A stretch of 64,000 nucleotides of DNA from Eledone cirrhosa (Eukaryota). Position 1 is the stretch's first letter. Each line of letters begins with the position of its first letter. Where the stretch lies: contig OZ024762.1 of assembly GCA_964016885.1 (NCBI GenBank), positions 22,630,001 through 22,694,000 of the forward strand, given 5' to 3'. The notes under the pieces were generated by a model. That model made no database searches. It was not told the DNA's origin and was given only the letters and a program-made list of their open reading frames with translations. Both the position numbers and the translations under genes were made by a program. Shown here in pieces: positions 13,323 to 28,613 of this stretch.

Positions 13323-14087
13323 TAATGATCTTATGTTGTTTATTACATAACTTATAAGCTCTGTAACCTACATAGAGCACTCTTTTTTCCTGGACCTTTC
13401 CGACGGAATCACTTCATTCATACATACATATATATATACATATATATATACATATTTATATATATATATATATATACAAATATATATATATACACATACA
13501 CATATACATATATTGTATATATCTACATAAATATATATATATATATATACATACATATACATATGCATACACACATACCACGCACATACCCTCATCGACC
13601 TTTATAATATATATATATATATATGTATGTATACATTCAAAATAGGGGGCTGTTCACAGGGCAAAGACTGTGGAAAGATCAACGGAGAGACCCATCTCTT
13701 CAGTCACTCTCCAGGTATTACTATAATTTCGGCTCATTAAGATTGATACATTGATTCCAGTGCACATTTCAACAAAAATATATTTGTTCAATTCCGTTAG
13801 CTTTCCTCATATCTTCTCCGTGGTAATGCATGTATGTGTATGTTTTGTGTGCATGTGTATGTTTTGTGTGTATGTTTTTTTTTTTGTGTATGTGAGGGGT
13901 GTGTGTGCTTTCGTGTTTGAATGTTTATTTCAATATCATTATTATATAAGATAAAAATGTGGAATTAATATATTAATGATCTGCGCTTGGCCCTTGCCCT
14001 GTAGCTGTAACCTCGCTTCAGTAAATATAAGCAAAAACAGAAGCACCACGAACAATGTTTCTACTTTAGACAGGAGACAAATTATTG

Positions 14088-14640
14088 GAGGTACGTAGCC
14101 CAGTGGTAAGTGCGTTGCATTACTTGAAAGGCTTGAGTTTATATGTTCGTAAGCAAACCATTTCACCGGAAAATGTGTACCAGCCGTAGCTGGGTGTTTA
14201 ATCCTGCGTTCGCCTAGTGGTGAGTATGTTCGATTTATGATCATAACCTTTGGGTTCGAATCCTAGACCCGTGTGTATGTGTTGTGTTCTTCAGCAAAAC
14301 ACTTCATTTGACGTTGCTCCACTATACTCAACTGAAAATTAATACCAGCTATAGCTGGGAGTTTAACCCTGCGATGTACTGGCGGTGAGCGTCTTGGATT
14401 TATTATCATAGCGTTGTGGGTTCGATTCCTAGACAGGGTTTTGTGTTGTGTTCTTGAGCAAAACACTTCATTTCACGTTGCTCCAGTATAGTCAACTGGA
14501 AAAGAGTATCAGCAGTAGTTGGGAGTTTAAACCTACGATGGACTGGTGTCCTGTCTATGGGAGTGTCTTGTCACTTAACGCGGCGGAAATAGTTATTAAC
14601 ATCGGCTTGACGAGCCTATGGGCTCGGGACATACTTTAGA
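14088..14640 (+). mobile_element. tRNA-derived SINE cluster with internal duplications (CORE-like middle)
   Basis: A-box-like GTAGCCCAGTGGTAA, B-boxes GGTTCGAATCC/GGTTCGATTCC, TGTGTTCTTGAGCAAAACACTT, and a 3' part GATGGACTGGTGTCCTGTC shared with 59300-60050. Confidence 0.7.
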
Positions 14641-14789
14641 GTTATAGGCAGGTGACGTAATGACAGATTCATTAGAACGTTGAATGGAATACTTTGCGGT
14701 ATTCGTTCCGGCTTTCCCTTCGATCCCACCGAAGTCTACTTTCCCTCGGATCCCGCCGAAGTCAACTTTGTCTTTCATCCTTTCAAGGT

Positions 14790-15730
14790 CATCATCTTCT
14801 TCGTCGCCCACTTATTCCTTAGAGGGTCGTGGTGGCAGAGTCCTCAAACACTCCTTCCAGTGGGTCCTGTCAGAAGCAACCGTCTCCAACTGATCTGGCT
14901 GGATCCCCAAGCGTGACCAGCCAAGCTCATACATGTTATCCAACCATCTTGCTTGGCCTCTACCCCTCAGTCTCTTGCCGGTTGGTTTTGCCTGGAAAAT
15001 CATTCCAGCGATTCTTCCCTGAGACATTCTAACCATATATCCATAGTAACGGAGCTGTGACCTTTCAATTCGGAGAATTAGTGGCTCTACCTGGAGTGAC
15101 TCTCTCATCTCCAAGCTACAAATCTCTCCAGTGATTCATTCCTGAGACATTCTAACCACATGTCCATAGTATCGGAACTGTGGTCTCTCAATTCGGAGAA
15201 GTAGCAGCTCTACCTGGAGTGATTCTCTGATCTCTAAGCTACACATCTCTCCAGTGATTCATTCCTGAGACATTCTAACCACATGTCCATAGTATCGGAG
15301 CTGTCATCTCTCAATTCGGAGAAGTAGCGGTTCGGATTGACATCTGATTTTCGAGTTACGCACTTTATCGAGTAACATCACTCCAAAGACTCTTCGGACG
15401 AACCCCATTTCGTCCGCCTGTATTTGCGATCGTATTCTTTTAGTCATTACCCAAGATTCATGACCATAAGTAAGGGTTGGCACGAAAATCAAATAGAAGG
15501 GAACGAGTTTAGCTTTTACGCCTTCCCCCTTTCTTCTGATTAATGAATGCTGAAGCTAGTGGATTACTGCATCAGCTTTTGCTAGTCTTCCACTTAATTC
15601 AGCCTCCTGCTTTCCATAAGTCGTGCACACGGCCCCGAGATACTTGAACTTCTCTACCTGCTTCAGTGGAACTCCATTCATACGTAGAGTGCACCTTTCA
15701 AGGCCAACAGTTAAAATGTAGCAGACTAAT
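14790..15730 (-). mobile_element. RTE-clade LINE 3' remnant with tandemly duplicated internal segment
   Basis: Minus-strand peptides VEKFKYLG, PTLTYGHESW, QLRYYGYMVRM, GKRLRGRGQARWLD typical of the RTE RT C-terminus; ~120 bp block repeated at 15010-15330. Confidence 0.85.
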
Positions 15731-15766
15731 TCTGGGGTCATTTTCAACTCTCTATAAGTCCTGTAA

Positions 15767-15987
15767 CCCTTTAGCATTTACATTACTCTATATTTACTAT
15801 TGTATTTTTGTGGTAAAGACTTTATCTTGCATAATTATCTCACATAATATCGAATCTAGAAGATTTTGATGTTATTTATTTTGAGAACAATATGTTAACA
15901 TCGATATGAGTAGCCGGTTACAGCTGGTTTGAACAGAGAGAGATGAGGTAATTCTGGCCGGATATAGCCGGTTTAAATGCTAAAGGT
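15767..15987 (-). mobile_element. piggyBac-type MITE, inverted copy of 8889-9109
   Basis: Same TIRs, TTAA at 15988-15991, reverse-complement internal similarity. Confidence 0.8.
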
Positions 15988-16639
15988 TTAATCTCTCTCG
16001 GGACGAAATCTGATGAGATTACTTCAGACCAAAACGGTGAAGGGCTCTGACAGGTTTCAGGTTTAAAATATGCCGGTTTAAAAAATATGCCGGTTTAAAA
16101 GAGACGCAGTATGTCTCAATGACACTCCTATGTCACAAGGTATTACAGATCTATACATTCATATAATTTAGGCACAGGGTATTTCATAGTTCAGAGAGCA
16201 AACGAGACTAATTTAAAGTGAGTACTTAATATATATTAATAGGTGTAATCTCTAGAGAACCTATACTAAGGTTGTGTGTGAATGGGTTGTTATTTATGGG
16301 AGTGTGTGAGCAACTATGTGAGTATGCATGTCTATGTGTCTATCTGTGCTAGATTTTGTGTGTCTGTGTGTCTGAGTTCGTGTGTGTGTGTGTGTGTGCC
16401 TGTGTTTATGTATGAATATGAACATGTATGTATGAATATGAGCATGTATATGTTTATGTGTGGGCATGTGTGTGTTTATGTCAGTGACAAAGAGAGAGAA
16501 AGTGGGTGAGACAGAGAGACCGACAGACAGACAGGCAGACAGAAAGACATACATTGTGCGTGTCCCTGTGTGTGTGTGTCTGTGTTTGTGTCTGTGTTTG
16601 TGTGTGAGTGTGTATGTGTTTTGTCTGTGACAAAGGCAG

Positions 16640-16709
<70 letters not shown>

Positions 16710-16909
16710 GCAGACAGAGAGAAACAGACAGATAATTTGTGTGTGTTTGTGTGTGACAAAGACAGATATAGATATATAGCTAGATAGATAGATAGACCGA
16801 CAGACTGATAAGCAAACAACAGACAGAAAGACACACAGACAGACATTGTGTGTGTTTGTGTGGTGTGACAAAAAACAGAGATAGACAGATTGATAGATAG
16901 AGAGAAGGA

Positions 16910-16972
<63 letters not shown>
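16640..16972. repeat. (GATA)n and (GA)n microsatellites
   Basis: Direct reading. Confidence 0.9.
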
Positions 16973-16977
<5 letters not shown>

Positions 16978-17047
16978 GACAAACAAACAAACATTCAAAC
17001 AGACAGACAGAGAGACAAACCAACAGTTTTATTTCATTTCATTATAT

Positions 17048-17590
17048 TTGGCAGTATCGGTAGAGGGTTGGACGCCATGCTTTCTAGTATAGTTACGTCC
17101 CTTTACGGTCTGAGTTCAAATCTCGTCGAGGTTGACTTTGCCTTTCATCCTTACGGGGTCGATAAAATAAAGTACCAGTAATGTACTGGATAATTGCTGG
17201 CCTTGTGCCTAAAGTAGAAACAATCATTGGCAAAATCCAGTAGAGTGTCAGACGCCATGCTTTCTAGCATAGTTACGTCCCTTTACGGTCTGAGTTCAAA
17301 TCCCGCCGAGGTTGACTTTGCTTTTCATCCTTACGGGGTCGATAAAATAAAGTACCAGTAATGCACTGGGTAATTGTTGGCCTTGTGCCTAAAGTAGAAA
17401 CAATTATATTTGGCAGTATCCGTAGAGGGTCGGACGCCATGCTTTCCAGCATAGTTACGTCCCTTTACGGACTGAGTTCAAATCTCGTCGAGGTTAACTT
17501 TGCCTTTCATCCTCACGGGGTCGATAAAATAAAGTACCAGTAATGTACCTGGTAATTACTGGCCTTGTGCCAAAAAGTAGAAACAATTAT
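17048..17590 (+). mobile_element. Three head-to-tail copies of a tRNA-derived SINE (Nin/Deu-like central domain)
   Basis: TGGCAGTATCGGTAGAG...GAGTTCAAATC (B-box)...GCCTTTCATCCTTACGGGGTCGATAAAATAAAGTACCAG...GGCCTTGTGCCTAAAGTAGAAAC, three times. Confidence 0.85.
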
Positions 17591-18044
17591 ATTTTTATTT
17601 TTTTCAAAGTAAAAGATACTAGCTACAATTGTATCAATAGAATAGATACTATAATACCAAATATAAAAGTATAACAGGAATAAAAACGACAAGGTAGAGA
17701 AGGTGCCATAAACACAGAGTGATTATTGCGTAAAATTCATCTATTTATGATGAAATATGAACATAAATATGAACATAAATATGAACATAAATATGAACAT
17801 AAATATGAACATAACACATGAAATGAAGATCATAAAATTTTGTGACTCGCCTGGGTCGAATAAAACAGATTTCTTGTGATGAATGGAGGACTATTTCGGC
17901 ATTGGCAGAACGATCGCATCCCATTACGCCATTACATTTTGGTGAATATGTATATGAGCATGTCTGTATATATTTATATTTATATATATGTATGTGTATA
18001 TATATATATGTATATATATGTATGTATATATATATATATGTATA

Positions 18045-18129
<85 letters not shown>

Positions 18130-18232
18130 ATTTATATATATATGTGTATGTATTTATATATATATATGTATGTTTATATATATATATATATATATATATA
18201 TGTTTATATATATATATATATATGTGTGTGCG

Positions 18233-18328
<96 letters not shown>

Positions 18329-18566
18329 AACACAAATAAATGTATGTGTGTGTAGATGTTTCTTAGATGCTTCTTTAATGAGGTTAAGCCATAATAGCAA
18401 ATTGAAAAACCTAGCTTATATTTAATGTACATATATATACATGTGACTACATGTATGTATATACACACATATATATATACATATACATTTACACACATAT
18501 GTATATGCATATATATATATATACATATACACACATATATATATATGCATATATATATATACATAT

Positions 18567-18613
<47 letters not shown>

Positions 18614-18713
18614 CATATACACTCACATATATGTACATATACACACATATATATACATATACACTCATATATATATATACATACACACACAGGTAGACAT
18701 ATATATATACACA

Positions 18714-18747
<34 letters not shown>

Positions 18748-18949
18748 CATATATATATATACATACATATAGATACATATACATTTATATACATACATAT
18801 ATACATATATGTATATATCTATATATATATCTATTTCTATATATATCTATATATATATCTATTTCTATATATATCTATATATATATTTATATATCTATAT
18901 ATCTGTATATATATATATCTGTATATATATATATATATATATCTATATA

Positions 18950-19033
<84 letters not shown>

Positions 19034-19199
19034 CATATATATAAATATATATAAATATATATATATATTATATATATATATATCTATATATATATATCTA
19101 TATATCTGATATATATATATATATATATCTCTCTCTATATATATATATATATAAATATATATAAATATTTACATATATATATATATATAAATATATATA

Positions 19200-19232
<33 letters not shown>

Positions 19233-19324
19233 TATATATATATTTACATATATATATACACATATATATATACATATATACTCATATACATATACACCCA
19301 CATACAGATATACAAAAATACATG

Positions 19325-19397
<73 letters not shown>

Positions 19398-19714
19398 CCT
19401 ATCTTTTAGGCTTCTTGGTAAAATACTCAATATGTTTTAATAGAGTGTAGTATCTAATGTATATATAGTCATGTTAATTAGGATTATAAAACTAAACATC
19501 AGCTATATACTTATATACTTACATATACTTATATACTTACACACAGGCACACATACATAATTATATACATCCATATACACATACATATATACATACTCAC
19601 ACATACATACATACTCATGTATACATGCACAAACACATACAAACATATGTAGATTCATACATATAGACACAGTAACTTTCGACACCTACGTTTCTGGCAT
19701 ACGTTAAATAGGAT

Positions 19715-19953
19715 TGGTTACTGCAATCACATATATACACATATATATATATATACACTGCAATCACATATATACTCATATATATATATATATATATATA
19801 CACTGCAATCACCTATATACAGATATATATACACATATATATATACATACACTGCAATCACCTATATACACATATATATATACACATATATATATACATA
19901 CACTGCAATCACATATATATACATATATATATATATACTGCAATCACCTATAT

Positions 19954-20003
<50 letters not shown>

Positions 20004-20057
20004 ACTGCAATCACCTATATACACATATATATATATATACACTGCAATCACCTATAT

Positions 20058-20093
<36 letters not shown>

Positions 20094-20270
20094 TGCAATC
20101 ACCTACACACACACATACACACACACACACATATATATATATATACACTGTCAGACTCCAATCACCTATATATACATATATATACACTATGATCACCTAT
20201 ATACACACACATATATATACATTGTCAGACTGCAATCACCTATATACACATCTATATACACACTGTCGGA
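19715..20270. repeat. Minisatellite CACTGCAATCACCTATATAC + (TA)n
   Basis: More than 12 recurrences. Confidence 0.9.
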
Positions 20271-20484
20271 CAGAGAGAATGACATAATTTGGAAATTCTC
20301 AGAGTCAAACTGATCGTATACGATTAATATCACATGATAGAACATATTAGATAGGATATCGGCATTAATAAATCTGTATCCAATGGGAATATATCCTTGA
20401 ATATCACACAGAGTTTGCCATTAAACCGTCACTAAAGAGCAAACAGAATTGCTCCAATATTTACCACACGCTCGCTATCTCACC

Positions 20485-22790
20485 ATCGTGTCAAATGAAA
20501 GAAGATAGAAAACTAAAACAGGCTTCTTGATTGGCAGAATATATTGTTCAGTCACATATATTTACATTCTAATTTCAAACTAAACACAGGCCATAATTGA
20601 TACCCCGTGTAGTCGAGTTCCTCCGAAAGATCGTAATGTCGGTGGCTTATATGAGGAAGGAAGCCTCGTGAGGTGGGGTGGCTGATGCAGTGGGTGTCGC
20701 TGCTCATTATCCGCGGGCCGCAACCTCACTACCGTTTCAAATAACCGGTCATCGTCGAAACTTCACGCCTGCTTAAATCCCGTACTGCCGAGCTCCTCCA
20801 CAAGATCGGAATGTCAGTGGCTTATATGAGGAAGGAGCCCTGTGTGGTGGGGTGGCTGATGCAGTGGGTGTCGCTGGTCATTGGCCGCTGGAATGCTTTT
20901 GTGTTCTTGTCCACGGAGCGCAGCCCCTCCACCACCACCACGCCCCAACCCCCAACCGTCCGCCTCCTCCCCTCCCCATTATACTCTGACACTAGAGTCC
21001 TTGCTTTTCCCTCCCCTTACCGTATTTTATTTTTTAATCTCACTTTTCTTTATATTTTCCTATTTTACATGCCATTCTTCTCAATTTAAATTTTCCTTTT
21101 CCTTTTTCTATTAGATGACATATTCCAGAAATAAAATGTCTTCTTTAGTCTATAAAATGTGCAAGTAATAATTTTAAATCTCCTTAAGTGAATTGGGAGG
21201 GAAGGGCAGCTTTGATTATTTACTATTTTTAGGGCCTTGCAAAGCTAGAAAAAGTAAAATGAAGAATTTATCTTCACACTTAAATCCTTTATTATAGGAT
21301 ACTCGCCTCCATCACAATTATTGGCCCCCAGGAACCAATTGGTGATCTACAAATTGTAATGAATTACGTGTCTACCATCCAAGAGCTCAGAAATTAAATA
21401 TCTCGGACAAATAACGCAAAATATCACGAGAATTACTGCGATATTTAACAACACTTTCGCGATAGTATCAAATGAAAGAACTAAGTAAAATACTAGGTTG
21501 TTGATTGGTAGAATATGGTAAATAGTCACGTATCTTTTACATTCTAATTGCAAACTAAACATAGGCCATAATTGATATACAGTGGACCCAGGTGTTCGCG
21601 GTCCCGGTTATTCGCGGATTTTTCCTTACAACCTAACTAATAATTGTTCGTGGAATCCACGTAAATATCTTCCGCGGTTTTTTAAAGGCGTTTTTCGTGG
21701 CAATATATATTTTCACACTTCTTAACACTAAATAATTAATAACCATTGTTATCTTTCTATACGTTATGTTTTGACGTTTATAGGCATTTTTATGGGCCAC
21801 GTCCAATATTCGCGGTTTTTCCACACTTCTTGCGTGATCTAGGAACGTAATCACCACGAATACCGGGGAAAAACTGTATATTCTTCTTTAGTCTATAAAA
21901 TGTGTAACATTTAAAGCCCCTTAAATGAATTGAGAGGGAAGGACAGCTATCATTCTTTATTTTAGGGGCTTGCAAGGCTAGAAAAATAAAATGAAGAATT
22001 TATCTTCACAATTAAATCCTTTTTTATAGGATACTCGACTCTATCACAATTAATGGACCCCAGGAATCGATTGGTGATCTACAACCTGTAATGGATTACG
22101 TGTCTACCATCCTAGATCTCAGAAATTAAATATCTCGGACAAATAACGCAAAATATCGCGAGAATTACTGCGATATTTAACAACACTTTCGCGATAGTAT
22201 CAAATGAAACAACTAAGTAAAAAAAAAACCCCCAAAATAGGTTCTTGATTGGCAGAATATGGTAAATAGTATCTTTTACATTCTAATTGCAAACTAAACA
22301 CAGGCCCAAATTGATATACAGTGTCCCCCAGGCATACGCGATCCCGGTTGTTCGCGGATTTTTTCTTTCGTGGAAACGACGTAAATATCTTCCGCGATTT
22401 TTTATGGCTGTTTTCGTGGCAATATAATCTTTCACACTTTTTAACGGTCTATACGGTATGTTTTGACGTTTATGGGTATTTTTATGGACCAAGTCCTGTA
22501 TTCGCGGTTTTTCACTCTTCCCACGTGCTTTCGGAACGTAACCCCTACCACCCAAGAGCTCAGAAATTAAATATCTCCGACAAATAAGGCAAAATATCAC
22601 GAGAATTGCTACGATATTTAACAACACTTTCGCGATAGTATCAAATGAAATAGCTAAGTACAAAAAACAAAAAAAGCTCAGTTCTTGATTGGCAGAATAT
22701 GGTAAATAGTCACGTATCTTTTACATTCTAATTTCAAACCCAACAGAAGCCATGATTGGTATTTATTCTTTGTTAGTCTGTAAAGTAAGT
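20485..22790. repeat. ~450 bp tandem unit (four partial or complete copies) interrupted at one junction by insertions
   Basis: GTATCAAATGAAA...TTGATTGGCAGAAT...TTACATTCTAATT.CAAAC...GCCATAATTGATA recurs ending near 20602, 21579, 22318 and 22760. Confidence 0.8.
21580..21876. mobile_element. Tigger/pogo-like MITE
   Basis: TA-CAGT...ACTG-TA termini, degenerate TIR (TTCGCGG / CCACGAA); truncated second copy at 22319-22545; empty site near 22760. Confidence 0.7.
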
Positions 22791-22876
22791 AATATTTCTT
22801 TTAAGCTTCGTTAAATCAACAGGGAGAGAAAGACAACAACGAAAAATTGAATGTCGAAATTCGAGTGAAAGCTTTG

Positions 22877-22931
<55 letters not shown>

Positions 22932-23055
22932 ATAATAATAATAATAATAATAATGCTACTACTAATGCTACCATTACTACTAATACTACTACAGCCATTA
23001 CTACTACTAATACCATTACTACTACAATCATTAATACTACTATTATAAATTATTA

Positions 23056-23170
23056 TTTGAGTTCAAATTCCGTCGAGGTTAACTTTGCCTTATATCCTTA
23101 CGGGGTGGATAAAATAAAGTACCAGTAATGCACTGGGGTAATTGCTGGCCTTGTGCCAATAGTAGAAACA

Positions 23171-23212
<42 letters not shown>

Positions 23213-23570
23213 GAGGGAGGTGGATTGGCAGTATCGGTAGAGAGTCGGACACTACTTTACAGTATAGAGTTATGTCATTTTACGTTCTGAGTTCAAATCC
23301 TGCCGAGGTTAACTTTGCCTTTCCTCCTTACGGGGTCGATAAAATAAAGTACCAGTCACGTACTGGGGTCGATTTAATCGACTTTCCCCTTCCTCCAAAA
23401 TTGCTGGCCTTGTGCTTATATAAGAAACTATTATTATTACCATTATAATCTGAGTTCAAATCCCGCCGAGGTTAACTTTGCTTTTCATACTTACGGGGTC
23501 GATAAAATAAAGTACCAGTAATGTACTGGATAATTGCTGGCCTTGTGCCAAACGTAGAAACAATTATTAC
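23056..23570 (+). mobile_element. Cluster of Nin/Deu-like tRNA-SINE copies with (ATT)n tails
   Basis: Same consensus as 17048-17590; one full copy at 23217-23437. Confidence 0.85.
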
Positions 23571-23782
23571 CATTATAAAATGTCTGACTAAACATATTTC
23601 ACAAAAGGATTTACACTCATAGCTGTATATATACACCTACGCATGTACCTGTGACTATATATGAACACACATGCGAACATATATATATATATAAAAACAC
23701 ACATGCAGACATTATATATATACATACATATATATATATATTTATAAAAACACACATGCAGACATTATATATATACATACAT

Positions 23783-23813
<31 letters not shown>

Positions 23814-23839
23814 AACACACATGCAGACATTATATATAT

Positions 23840-23870
<31 letters not shown>

Positions 23871-23961
23871 ATGCAATGAAATATCTATGATCGTTGGCAA
23901 ATCACTGATGAGGGACTCATTTTATTACATGCTATCCATGCGCTACCTGCAGTATTTTTCT

Positions 23962-24005
<44 letters not shown>

Positions 24006-24068
24006 ATACATGCAGGCATTATATATATACGTACATATATATATACATATATAAACACACATGCAGAC

Positions 24069-24116
<48 letters not shown>

Positions 24117-24206
24117 AACACGCATGCAGACATTATATATATACTTACATATATATATATATATTTATATAAACACGCATGCAGACATTATATATATACA
24201 TACATA

Positions 24207-24277
<71 letters not shown>

Positions 24278-24759
24278 AATTGGTATATCTACCAACATAT
24301 GTATACAGATGCATACCTATGCTAACAAATATATAGGTTTAACCTTAGAGTCACGTGATTGATTCTTTCGAATTTGCCACGAATTTGCCACTGACCAAGT
24401 AGGCAGTGAATTTTTTCAATGTCTTGGAATTTAGTCCCCGCTCGCTTTTTTCCAACCATTGAATTATTTTATATGAGTTCCTTGTGTCCACACATTGCCT
24501 AGGAACTTATCTGAGAATAGACTCCCTGATGACGTAATGTTTCTCAATGATTACGGTACGTAACCATATTTATTCCCTTACATAAACTAATTAGTTGGAG
24601 TGAAAATTTTAGTAAGTCAATTTTTATAATTCTCTTATTTTACGTCTTTCATATAGATATATAGATATATATTTATATAAACACACATGCAGACATTATA
24701 TAGAATAGGACAAGAAACTAAGATAAAACATTAAAGAATTGGACAAGAAATAAAAAATG

Positions 24760-26795
<2,036 letters not shown>

Positions 26796-26799
<4 letters not shown>

Positions 26800-27111
26800 T
26801 AAGTTATGTCCATAGAATCATTTGATAATATATATACACCATTTCCTCTCCCAATTAGCATAATTAACCACATAAAAAAATCAATTAGACCAGGCTATAA
26901 GAATAAAGGCTCCTATGAAGAAATATTTCATAAATAAACGAAAGCAGCCTCTTCGCGGCCGACCGCAATATAATATTTACCCAACATTTCAATAGCATGT
27001 AGAAATAGACTAAATATACCGTCAACCATACACAATTAGGTATAAATTTAAAGTTAGAAGAAATGCGTACACTCTTTTATCAAATGATTCTATGGACATA
27101 ATTTATGATAT
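26796..27111. mobile_element. ~315 bp element with ~50 bp terminal inverted repeats
   Basis: TATCATAAGTTATGTCCATAGAATCATTTGATAA / TTATCAAATGATTCTATGGACATAATTTATGATA. Confidence 0.6.
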
Positions 27112-27224
27112 ATTGTTCTGATTATTTAATTTATTAATTCTTCATTCAGCCACATCGTGAACGGTTGCCACATATATATCTGTTAATTTGTGTATATGTA
27201 AATCTTTATATTATATATATATAT

Positions 27225-27346
27225 ATAGGAACGAGTAGGACCCCGACGGCTGAGCTCAAGCCGTTTCGACGGCTAAATCTGGACGCGTCCAGATTTAGCC
27301 GTCGAAACGGCTTGAGCTCAGCCGTCGGGGTCCTACTCGTTCCTAT
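27225..27346. repeat. Perfect 122 bp palindrome (61 bp arms, no spacer) made of two hammerhead 3' halves
   Basis: Centre GGACG|CGTCC; each arm reads GAAA-CGGCTTGAGCTCAGCCG-TC-GGGG. Confidence 0.9.
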
Positions 27347-27443
27347 TACCCACTCTACTACCCTAAGTATTGAGTACTTTGGTGCGTTATGGTCCACCTG
27401 GTTCCTTACCACATTTCCTTTGTTATATATATATTTATATATA

Positions 27444-27522
<79 letters not shown>

Positions 27523-27526
<4 letters not shown>

Positions 27527-27905
27527 ACACTAACCAAGAAACTCACTCAGATGGTGGATGGGTGCTACACGAGAATGCTGAGGATGGCTCTGAACATTAA
27601 TCAGTATACACTGAGGATGAAAAACTCAGAGCTGCATGGGAGCCTCCAAAAGTCAGCTCAAAAGTGACACAGAGGAGACTGAGGTTAGCTGAACATGCTC
27701 ACCGGCATCCAGAGTTGACATTGCACTCAGTGCGCCTGTGGGAGCCCCTACATGGACACACTTGAAGAGGAAGACCAAGGTTAACGTATGTTGATGCCCT
27801 AAGGACAGACACTGGTCTGTTGGAGACGTAGGACATGGCAGCGATAATGAGGGACAGAGACCGCTGGAGAGAACTCGTCCATGGATCTCGGGAATTTTAC
27901 CCGCC
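27523..27905 (+). mobile_element. RTE/RTE-X-like LINE 3' remnant
   Basis: [25 protein letters not shown] followed by frameshifted RRLRLAEHAHRHPE and RGRPRLTYVD. Confidence 0.75.
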
Positions 27906-28005
27906 CTAGATATATATATATATATATATAAACACACATGCAGGCATTATATATATACATACATATATATCTAGAAGTGGTAACACAACAGTTAGTTCAC
28001 CATAC

Positions 28006-28043
28006 CGAGAACAATTGTTTCACCTTAGCGGATCCTCAGCTCG
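28006..28043 (-). ncRNA. Minimal hammerhead motif inside a fold-back element (27976-28090)
   Basis: Minus strand: CGAG-CTGAGGA-tCCgctaaGGt-GAAA-C AATT G-TT-CTCG; the opposite arm carries the 3' half GAAA-C ACTT G-TC-CTCG. Confidence 0.7.
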
Positions 28044-28201
28044 TGAAACACTTGTCCTCGGTATGGTGAACTAACTGTTGTGCAACCACTACTACCTCAC
28101 TCGTCTCATGGACTGAGTGCTCTACCACTACGGATATTACCTTCCAGTGTTCTACCACCACATATATATTTATATATATATATATATATATATAAAAACA
28201 C

Positions 28202-28326
<125 letters not shown>

Positions 28327-28361
28327 ACACATGCAGATCATTATATATATACATACATATT

Positions 28362-28578
28362 GTGAAGGCGTGTGGCTGAGTGGTTTGAGATTTGGATTCG
28401 TAATCGTGAGTTTGTGAGTTCGATTCCAGAAGCAGGTGATGTGTTATGACCTTGAGCAAGACACTGTATTTCACGTTGCTGCTTCTACCTGGAGTTGCGA
28501 CCGATAGATAGTATTAGCAATTGGAAAGACCAATGGAAACATTCTTTCCTCGGTCCGATTTGACGAAAGTCGATTGTT

Positions 28579-28583
<5 letters not shown>
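28362..28583 (+). mobile_element. Chimeric tRNA-SINE head fused to an unrelated 3' segment
   Basis: GGCGTGTGGCTGAGTGGT (A-box), GAGTTCGATTCC (B-box), CCTTGAGCAAGACACT; second copy reversed at 45387-45601. Confidence 0.7.

Positions 28584-28613
<30 letters not shown>

Noticed and set aside
23880-23960. CTGATGA-containing island, with a relative at 53750-53850
   Set aside because: A repeated element end, but no stem II or GAAA follows
24520-24570. CTGATGA-CGTAAT...ATTACG hairpin
   Set aside because: Followed by GTAC rather than GAAA, and no stem I; at best a decayed motif
28366-28430. tRNA gene
   Set aside because: A and B boxes are present but there is no complete cloverleaf, and it continues into a SINE body
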